Shown in pieces: positions 11,801 to 19,515 of a stretch of DNA of 64,000 bases (positions within the stretch are counted from its first letter, which is position 1; every line of letters begins with the position of its first letter). A program made the translations under genes and the position numbers. The stretch is from Candidatus Kaelpia imicola (GTDB lineage: Bacteria > Omnitrophota > Gorgyraeia > Kaelpiales > Kaelpiaceae): positions 34,807 to 98,806 of the forward strand of contig JAVCCL010000032.1 in assembly GCA_030765505.1 (NCBI GenBank), in the 5' to 3' direction. The notes beneath the pieces were generated by a model. That model did no database searches. It was not told the origin of the DNA and was given only the letters and a program-made list of their open reading frames with translations.

Positions 11801-12992
11801 TGGAGAGGGAGGGAGATTTATTATTTTCTGTTCACCAAATATTGGACAAGAGTTTAATGTTGGCGACTCAGATCAAGTATTGTATGAAATGAAAGGAGAG
11901 TGGGGTTCAATATATCGCAATCTTCATGTTGTTGCTGATGGATTAATGGCATTATGGCTTACACAGCAGATTATTGGAAGAGCAAAACGTGGAGGGCGAC
12001 CAGGGACTGCTGCAGTATTTTTCTCTACCGATTTTGTCAATGATCCAATTTGGCAGCAATATCAAAAATTGTTCATAGCTCATCCGGAATGGTGGGAAAC
12101 AATTGAATCAAGTGTTGTAAGATTGTCTGATTCAATTGGTGACGCAAGGATGAATGAATTTAGTTTTTTAGATGCACGTATTCAAGAAATTCAAGGTATT
12201 CATGTTCAATCAGTTCTTGGAACTTTGATGAATGTGATGGAGCAATACAAACCACTATATGAATTTCAGGTTGATTTTATACGGGGATTGGGTGAAAGAA
12301 TTAATGGCAATCTAACCCAAGAACAACAGCAGAAAATTCAGGAAATTCAGGAAATTCAAGAATCTAAGAATTTTACTGCCGAAGATAAAGAAGATTTAAT
12401 AGGGCAAATACATGCAAGGAATAATCCACATCAAGTGTTTAAAGAATTTAGAATATTTGAAACGCTAGGTGGAATAACAGTCGATAACTTAAAAGGCTGG
12501 ATTCAAAATGACTCTCTCTATTGTAGCGAAGAAACAAAAATTCAATTAATACAAACTTTAGAAAATGAGGATAATTTAATTTCTCCGCAACTGGTTTATT
12601 TAAGGTGGAGAATCTTGGATTCACCGCTATTATCAATAAATCAAAAATCCAACATTGAAGAGCTGTATACATTATTTGCAAACTCTGCAAGAAGTATTGG
12701 AAACAATAATTTGCCGGAGATTATTAATCAGTGTTTAGATGATGTAGGAAATGGAGACTTAAAAGCAATAATGTTAAAATATCTTACTCCTTCGGATCCT
12801 AATTCGCAAAATTCTCAAAGAGAGACAGCAACGAGTAGAGTTGTTCCTACATATAAATCAATGGTGTTGAATAATTTTGGTGGCGAACAAGCTGCTGTTC
12901 ATTATGGAATTAAGAGTGATTTTAATGACTGGCTCTTAGAAGAAGCAGCTGATATATATGAAATTTTAGTTATTTTGGATTTGGTGAACTGA
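5790..12992 (+). CDS. Giant protein (about 2400 aa): signal peptide, acidic N-domain, hydrophobic segment and divergent SecA ATPase domain
   Basis: Colinear SecA motifs [74 protein letters not shown]; ATG 5790 follows AGGGGTG and overlaps the upstream gene end. Confidence 0.85.
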   Translation: [2400 protein letters not shown]

Positions 12993-12993
12993 T

Positions 12994-15936
12994 ATTAAAG
13001 TAATATTTGTAGTGTTATGCATTTTCACTGTGCTGGTAAGTCCGGGTTGGGCAGATAATATCTCTGGTTTTAAACAAATTATTTCGGAAAGACAAAACTG
13101 GAACTATATATATAATCAGATTATTGTTGGGTTTAAACATAATAGTAGCAATAAAGAGATAGAATCTTTTATTGAAGAGTATGGGTGTGAGCTGATGGCT
13201 CCGATTGATGAGTTTAGGGTTTACGCTTTAGTCTTACCTCGAGGAGTTTATTATAGCGAAGTGAAAAGAAGCTTTCTAAATGATAAAAGAGTAAGATATG
13301 TTTTACCCAGTTACTATATGCATGCGCAAAGCATGTCTGACTTAGAAGGCGTAGTAAAAAGAGCACGAGATGAAAACGAGAGTAGTTTAAATGAAATAGG
13401 ATTTTTACAAGCACAAGAGTATATGCAATTGTACAGTTCACTATTGCCTGAAAGTGGCGGTGTTGTATTTGCTCTTCTTGATAGCTCTGGTCTTCATCCA
13501 GAATTGATTCAACAGTTGAATGATGCAGGAATATATCGCAATGGAGTTTGTTTCCAAAGGAGTGTTGATAATAGTGTAAATGTGGTTAACAATATTGAAG
13601 AATATACAAATGGCCATGGTACTCAAGTTGCTACATTACTCAGCACTTTAGGAGAAGGTTCTGAAATTATGCACATACAGTTCGATGGTGGATTAGGAAC
13701 ATTTATCGAGGGGATTAAATATGCTATCAGAGAGACTAGAGATAATAAAGAGCGATTGATTATAAATTCTAGTATGAGCATTTCTTTAGAATCTTTTAGT
13801 TATGATACAATGAAGTTTTTATTAAGAGATTATTATTTAGCTCAATCAATTGAAGAAGCAAGAATCGATGGTCAGGATGATAAAGCAATATATGATAGCT
13901 ATATTGATTATCGTAATGAGGCTCGAATCAAATCTTATGGTATTGTTGACGAGATTTTTACAATGGTTGATTCTGGAATAATTAATAATTTTCAGAATTG
14001 GGATGAAAGTGATTGGGCAATTGTTAGAGAGAAGTTTTCTTTGTTTGACGAAGAGATAAGTTTACTTAAATATGCTGAACATGTTGCAAGACGCGATTTC
14101 CAGTATTTTGTAAAAAGTCCTCTTTATGAAGATTTTGAAGAATTTTCTCAACATGCAATTATTGTTTCTGCAGCTGGTAATTGTAATGATTCAGGCATGG
14201 CTTTACCTTCGAGTTATCCTGGAGTAATTGGGGTTGGGGCAAGCTATAATGATAATATTGCAAGTTATTCTCGCTATGGCAATGCGGTAGATTTATATGC
14301 TCCAGGAGGGTATGCCTATGGAGATGTTTGGACTTACGACATTCAGGACGGTAGTTTAATTGAAACTAAATCTAAGAGAGGAACATCCCTTGCAGCACCT
14401 TTTGTTACTGCAATGGTTGGCTTAATTTGGAATGAAAATCCAGATTTAACCCCAGCAGAAATGAGTAATATTATTATTGCAAGTTCTTGTAATATATTTG
14501 ATAGTAATTTGGAGATTTATTTTAAACAAATAGATGGGCAGCAAGCAGCTATTCTTGCTTGCGCATATTCTTCTATAAAAGATGTCATAGCATTAATTGA
14601 TGATTATACTTCCGATGAATTTGATTTATTGGAACAGATAAATCAAAATTTAATTTTTAGTCAAAAATTGATTTCAGAACAAGTTGAAAATAGGCTATTA
14701 AACGATATAGATCTTTTTATTTCGGGGGTGCTTACAGCGAAAGAGCTTGAGGTGAATTTTCTCACTCAGCTATGGAATTTGGAGTCAGATGTTGGCATAC
14801 GGGTAGCATCGGGATTAGCTATAAATTATCTTCAGGATGATAGAATTTTAAAATCTGTGCTGGAAAAAAGTATTTCTGGCACTTCGACAGATATAGTACA
14901 GAAAATGTTAGATATTGTAAGCAATGAGGATAATAATTTTGATATTTTTAAAATAGAGCATGTTTTTAAGTCGTATGTAGTATTGAGCGACTTATATCAA
15001 GATTTAAAAGATTCAACCATTTCCCAAAGTTCTTTTATGCAAAGTGTGGAATTAATTTTTGGTATGCAAAATAAAATGTTCGAGAAATATATTCCTCAAT
15101 TTGTGAGTATTATTAATAGATTTATAAATGCTGAAATAGATTCAAACCAAGCTCAGCAAATGGTGTGTAATATAGCGTGGGATGTATGTACATCATTAGG
15201 GGATGAAGATTCTAAAATAGCTATAGCATTATATGTTGATAGCTTAGATGATGTGGAGTTTTTAAAGAATCTTCTTCAGCATCAGTTTCCACAATTAGAC
15301 TCAGGAATAATGGATGTTATTATTCAAGAGTCTTTATTTGAATGTAGAGATACAGACTCTTTAACGTTGCATGTATTTGATGTAGCAAATACATTAAACT
15401 ACTTAAATGAAATGTTTACTGCTATTGAGAAATTTGATTTAGAGTGGAATAATGAAATAGATTATTCGGTAGATTATTTAAAGCTAAGTGATTTGGGTAA
15501 TTGGGAAGACTGGAGTAAATTTTTAGACCAAAATATTCAGCGGAAAGAGTACATGGAAAACTTAGAAGTCTATCAAGATGTAGAATTTTTTTATACAGGT
15601 TTAGTAGAAAATTTATGTTCAATTTTTTTGGAACAAAAAATAATATCTTCAGAGTTTCAGGATGCAATTAATGCTCATATTTGGGATTTTGTAAATGGAG
15701 ATATAGATATTATTGCTGCTCAAGGAAATATTTTGGATAGCATTGAACAGGAAGCAGAATTACCTCAAATTTTATTAGGTACAAGTATTATACGTAGCAT
15801 TAGGTGGGATGAAGTGGATAATATTAGCGTTCCAACGATAGAAACAAACACCTCTCTTACTGTTCCAGGAGTAGATACAGCTGTAATTGATCAGCAGTTT
15901 GGAAATATTGAATTTGATTTTAATCAATTTTTGTAA
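12994..15936 (+). CDS. Exported subtilisin-family (S8) serine protease with long acidic helical C-terminus
   Basis: Catalytic motifs LLDSSG, GHGTQVA, SAAGN, GTSLAAP; N-terminal prodomain-like NQIIVGFK..YVLP; start is ATT 12994 or GTG 13012. Confidence 0.85.
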   Translation: MKVIFVVLCIFTVLVSPGWADNISGFKQIISERQNWNYIYNQIIVGFKHNSSNKEIESFIEEYGCELMAPIDEFRVYALVLPRGVYYSEVKRSFLNDKRVRYVLPSYYMHAQSMSDLEGVVKRARDENESSLNEIGFLQAQEYMQLYSSLLPESGGVVFALLDSSGLHPELIQQLNDAGIYRNGVCFQRSVDNSVNVVNNIEEYTNGHGTQVATLLSTLGEGSEIMHIQFDGGLGTFIEGIKYAIRETRDNKERLIINSSMSISLESFSYDTMKFLLRDYYLAQSIEEARIDGQDDKAIYDSYIDYRNEARIKSYGIVDEIFTMVDSGIINNFQNWDESDWAIVREKFSLFDEEISLLKYAEHVARRDFQYFVKSPLYEDFEEFSQHAIIVSAAGNCNDSGMALPSSYPGVIGVGASYNDNIASYSRYGNAVDLYAPGGYAYGDVWTYDIQDGSLIETKSKRGTSLAAPFVTAMVGLIWNENPDLTPAEMSNIIIASSCNIFDSNLEIYFKQIDGQQAAILACAYSSIKDVIALIDDYTSDEFDLLEQINQNLIFSQKLISEQVENRLLNDIDLFISGVLTAKELEVNFLTQLWNLESDVGIRVASGLAINYLQDDRILKSVLEKSISGTSTDIVQKMLDIVSNEDNNFDIFKIEHVFKSYVVLSDLYQDLKDSTISQSSFMQSVELIFGMQNKMFEKYIPQFVSIINRFINAEIDSNQAQQMVCNIAWDVCTSLGDEDSKIAIALYVDSLDDVEFLKNLLQHQFPQLDSGIMDVIIQESLFECRDTDSLTLHVFDVANTLNYLNEMFTAIEKFDLEWNNEIDYSVDYLKLSDLGNWEDWSKFLDQNIQRKEYMENLEVYQDVEFFYTGLVENLCSIFLEQKIISSEFQDAINAHIWDFVNGDIDIIAAQGNILDSIEQEAELPQILLGTSIIRSIRWDEVDNISVPTIETNTSLTVPGVDTAVIDQQFGNIEFDFNQFL

Positions 15937-15950
15937 TTTAATTAATATGT

Positions 15951-17489
15951 ATGAAAGTATTGAGTAAAAGAAATATTATTTATTACGTAGGTTGTTTTTT
16001 AAGTATTTCCTTATTGTTTTGTTGCTTTTTTTTATCATATTCAGAAGGTAATGAGTTTAGTCAAGATAAATTAATCTCAGCTGTTTTGATTTTGACAGAA
16101 CAATGGGGTAGCTTGCTAGACAAAGAGCAACTAATAGAAGATATTGAAAAACTAACACCTTTAAAGGCGAAGGCTTCTAAAGAAAGTTTTATTGTAAATA
16201 TTGTCAGAGCTGTGCGGAAACAGGGAGTTTTTTTAGAAGCGTTTGCTTTAGAGTCTAAAGATATAACGAAACTTAAAGAAAATAAAACAGCGTTTATATC
16301 TTTACTCAAAAATGGAGATTTATGTTATGTTGTTAAAAATATAGAGATTAAAAATAATAAAGCTGTATTTAGTTGTATTTTGCCCGATAGAAAGGAAATT
16401 TTTATAGATGAACGTGATTTTTTTTCTTGTTGGGAAGGTATGGTTATTTCAAAACCGCTTGTTAATATTAAAGCAAAAAGATTACTGAATAAGGAGGGGG
16501 ATAATAAATTTGTTGCTCTTTATTTTTATCATTCAGGTGAAGATTTTAACTTATTGCGTAAAGTTTTAGAAAAATTAAAAGAAGAGGCGGAAAGGACAAA
16601 TAAGAAACTTATTTACATTGATGAATTAGGCTTAATTCCAGAAAGGTCTATTGAATCTTATATGAAGGTAAATCAAATTGGAGAAAAAGAGGCTTTTGAG
16701 CTAATTAAGAAGATGTTAAATGAAGATATATCTAATGTTGGAAAAGGAGTTGCTATTTTAGGTGAAACCAATCCATTCTATAGACAGCTTTATCAATATT
16801 TAGCAAAGAATAAGATTGAATCATACATGGAAGACTTGCGATATGATGCATGGAAAAAGATAGTTGTTTTTGACAGCATGGAATATTATAGCAAGGCTAT
16901 CAATTACTTTTTTTTCAACAATATTGATAAGTATATTAAATCTATAGAAAGATTTATTGAGGGATATTGGGAGTATAATATTAAAAGAAGAGATGATGAT
17001 TTTAGAAGTCAAATAAAAAAGATAGTCGCAAAACACCCCAACTCTCTCATTTTTACAATTAGGGGAATTGGGCATTATGGAATGGATAACGATATTAACT
17101 TAGATAATTTAGCAGTGGAAACTTTAGTATTTGGTCGTGGAATATTTGAAGATAATCTGTTGCACTCTCAGATGTATTATATATTGCTTTCGAATGATAT
17201 TGTTATGAAAGAGAACGATAAAAAGCTTGCTATTCTTAAAACATACTTCGAAGATACTTTACGAGCATATTTTGTAAAAAAAGGATTAAATATTCCTGAG
17301 GCGACACAGTTAGTATGCAAAATATCAAAACGGTTGAAAGAAAAAAATGTTTTAAAATTTTCACAAGCAATTTACTATGCTGTGATTAAACAACCGGAGC
17401 AATTGCAGGAAATGTGGGGTTTTACTTACAATTGGTTTAAAAATCAAGGTTTTATCAAAGAGGAAGATCTTAAAGTATTCCAGAATTAA
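15951..17489 (+). CDS. Exported/membrane-anchored protein with a degenerate peptidase-C39-like domain and a possible TraB/Tiki/ChaN-like domain
   Basis: N-terminal hydrophobic helix; IVRAVRKQG..AFISLL..CYVV..DFFSCWEG resembles C39; YH, YIDE, RDDDF..I, IRGIGH resemble TraB/Tiki/EreA-fold motifs. Confidence 0.55.
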   Translation: MKVLSKRNIIYYVGCFLSISLLFCCFFLSYSEGNEFSQDKLISAVLILTEQWGSLLDKEQLIEDIEKLTPLKAKASKESFIVNIVRAVRKQGVFLEAFALESKDITKLKENKTAFISLLKNGDLCYVVKNIEIKNNKAVFSCILPDRKEIFIDERDFFSCWEGMVISKPLVNIKAKRLLNKEGDNKFVALYFYHSGEDFNLLRKVLEKLKEEAERTNKKLIYIDELGLIPERSIESYMKVNQIGEKEAFELIKKMLNEDISNVGKGVAILGETNPFYRQLYQYLAKNKIESYMEDLRYDAWKKIVVFDSMEYYSKAINYFFFNNIDKYIKSIERFIEGYWEYNIKRRDDDFRSQIKKIVAKHPNSLIFTIRGIGHYGMDNDINLDNLAVETLVFGRGIFEDNLLHSQMYYILLSNDIVMKENDKKLAILKTYFEDTLRAYFVKKGLNIPEATQLVCKISKRLKEKNVLKFSQAIYYAVIKQPEQLQEMWGFTYNWFKNQGFIKEEDLKVFQN

Positions 17490-17586
17490 GCCTGCGATTA
17501 TTCGATTTGTTTTTATCCCGTCTTTTATATTTAAAAACATTCTATTTTTTCAATTTAATGGTATAATTACTTATACGGAGGAAGGG

Positions 17587-19296
17587 GTGAAAACAGAGAA
17601 GATTGTACTGTTTGTTCTAGTTTTTTTATCCCTGTTGCTTTTAAATATTTCATATGCAATAGAAGATTTAGAAAATTCAGGGATGTCTATATTAGGGGTA
17701 TATCCTGTCCAATGTCAATCTTATACCGTTTGGAACATTAACACATCTATCCAATCTTTTTCAATGCTTCCTATATTCAATTTAGAAGAGTTAAGCGATG
17801 ATTTCAAGTCCAACATAGATCTTAGTGGTGTATCTTTTTCTAATATAGAGGTTGAAAGTAATTTCAGTCCATATTGTTTTGATAATATTGTTGAATTGCC
17901 TGATATCGAAATAGAAGAGATTGTTGTTGAGTTACCTATTTCAGTAGAAGTTATAGATGAGGGAAATAAAGTATTTAAGCTTATCTTGGGCAATAAAGAG
18001 AGAAGCAGTATAAGTTTTATGGTTAAAGATGATGGTTTCTATGATTTAGAGGGTGAGTTTAAAGATACTTTCCTTGAGTTTGAATGGGCTAATGAACGCT
18101 TTAAAATAACTGTTTGTGATTCTGAAGAGAGCCTAGGGATATCAATTAAACCTTTAAATAGTGAGGTATACCCCAGGATATACTATAAGAAAGAGTTTAA
18201 TCTTGGGGTGTTTGATGGAGAGTACTCGTTGGGTTTTGTGAATCATAAACCTTATCTTGATATTATTTTAAAAGATTCAGATCAGGAGATTTTATCGGTT
18301 GATTTAGATCAAGATGAGCTATCTTTAAAGCTTAATATGAATCTTCCAATGTCTTTTGAGGATAGCATATCTTTAAGCTCCGACTCTTTTAAGATCGAAG
18401 ATGGAAATATTGATGGAAATATTGAAATTACATTAAATGAAGATGAGCAGAAGGTTGTGTTAAGAATAGGAGAGGGCGGTTACTTTGAGATAACTCAAAA
18501 TGGTAGCATGCGGGAGATAATAGATAAATTCTATACTGAGATTGCAGTTGATTTACAAAAGATGGTCGTACAGTTAGCAGAAGACGATGATAGTCTTGAC
18601 CCTAATATGACGGTAGATGATATAAGAGAGGTTTTATGGGAGGCAACAGGGGATGATTTAGAAGGTATGTTTGAAATAGTTCAGGATGCAAATGAGCAGA
18701 GACAGGGATTAGTAGTTCCAGGCGAAGTACGTCTATATTTGGATTTATCTAGTAATAATAGTCAAAAAAACGCTGAGCTTACATTTCCACTAATAGAGGA
18801 TAGCCTAGCCTTAAAGATGGGCTTAGAACCAGATGCTATTCAGATTAATTGTCTTGCTGATATATCAAGTATCTCAACTGCATCTACAGCTGAAGTTGGT
18901 TATAATAGTGATGGTCTAGTTCTATTTAAGCTTGCTGATTTAGCGGCGCTATCTTTAGTTAAGTTAGGAGTATCCCTTGATGGAAATATTGAATCTGTAG
19001 CTTTTAGAGTTAAAAATATCGAGGGTGATATCAACAGGGAAGGGTTTGAGGTAAGGAGTGTAGAAGATAGCTTACTTGGTTCATCAGCCTTGGATATTCT
19101 TCTTAGAGGATTGGAAGTTCAAGATAGTTCTACCAACTGGTGTTTTGGTTATGATTTTGAAGACGATTTATATCTAGGTTTTGGTATACCACTTAGTGAA
19201 GAAGTTAAGATTAGAGGCAGGATAAATAATCAAGGTTTAAGTTTTAAAACGCAGATATCTTTTATGGGGGGGGGGAATTCTAACAATAGAAAGTGA
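17587..19296 (+). CDS. Exported beta-rich acidic protein, possible outer-membrane protein
   Basis: Signal peptide ending NISYA; many short amphipathic strands; near-terminal GLSFKTQISF. Confidence 0.6.
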   Translation: MKTEKIVLFVLVFLSLLLLNISYAIEDLENSGMSILGVYPVQCQSYTVWNINTSIQSFSMLPIFNLEELSDDFKSNIDLSGVSFSNIEVESNFSPYCFDNIVELPDIEIEEIVVELPISVEVIDEGNKVFKLILGNKERSSISFMVKDDGFYDLEGEFKDTFLEFEWANERFKITVCDSEESLGISIKPLNSEVYPRIYYKKEFNLGVFDGEYSLGFVNHKPYLDIILKDSDQEILSVDLDQDELSLKLNMNLPMSFEDSISLSSDSFKIEDGNIDGNIEITLNEDEQKVVLRIGEGGYFEITQNGSMREIIDKFYTEIAVDLQKMVVQLAEDDDSLDPNMTVDDIREVLWEATGDDLEGMFEIVQDANEQRQGLVVPGEVRLYLDLSSNNSQKNAELTFPLIEDSLALKMGLEPDAIQINCLADISSISTASTAEVGYNSDGLVLFKLADLAALSLVKLGVSLDGNIESVAFRVKNIEGDINREGFEVRSVEDSLLGSSALDILLRGLEVQDSSTNWCFGYDFEDDLYLGFGIPLSEEVKIRGRINNQGLSFKTQISFMGGGNSNNRK

Positions 19297-19436
19297 TGGT
19301 AGTTTTGAATATAAGATAAAGAGAGAGAATATAGATTTTAGATTTATTATTGATAATGAATAATAGACTTATTGTAACTCAATATTCATCAGGTATTTAT
19401 TTTTACCCCCATAATTTTTAAAAGTAGTGATAAAAT

Positions 19437-19465
19437 TTGACAGCCCCTACTTTATATGGTACAAA
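19437..19465 (+). promoter_or_regulatory. sigma70-type promoter for the PilZ gene
   Basis: TTGACA-17nt-TACAAA with upstream TG. Confidence 0.55.
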
Positions 19466-19515
19466 TATATTAGGTAAGAAAAGATGGTAGAACAGAAATT
19501 AAGTTTACATAAGGG

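Noticed and set aside
7259-12362. Short in-frame tandem repeats (DETG x2 near 7260, IQE x3 near 12336)
   Set aside because: Two to three copies only; ordinary slippage with no evident function.
5790-12992. Classical accessory SecA2/SecY2 system
   Set aside because: No SecY2, Asp proteins, GtfA/B or serine-rich repeat substrate nearby, and SecA2 proteins are not fused to signal peptides or large N-domains.
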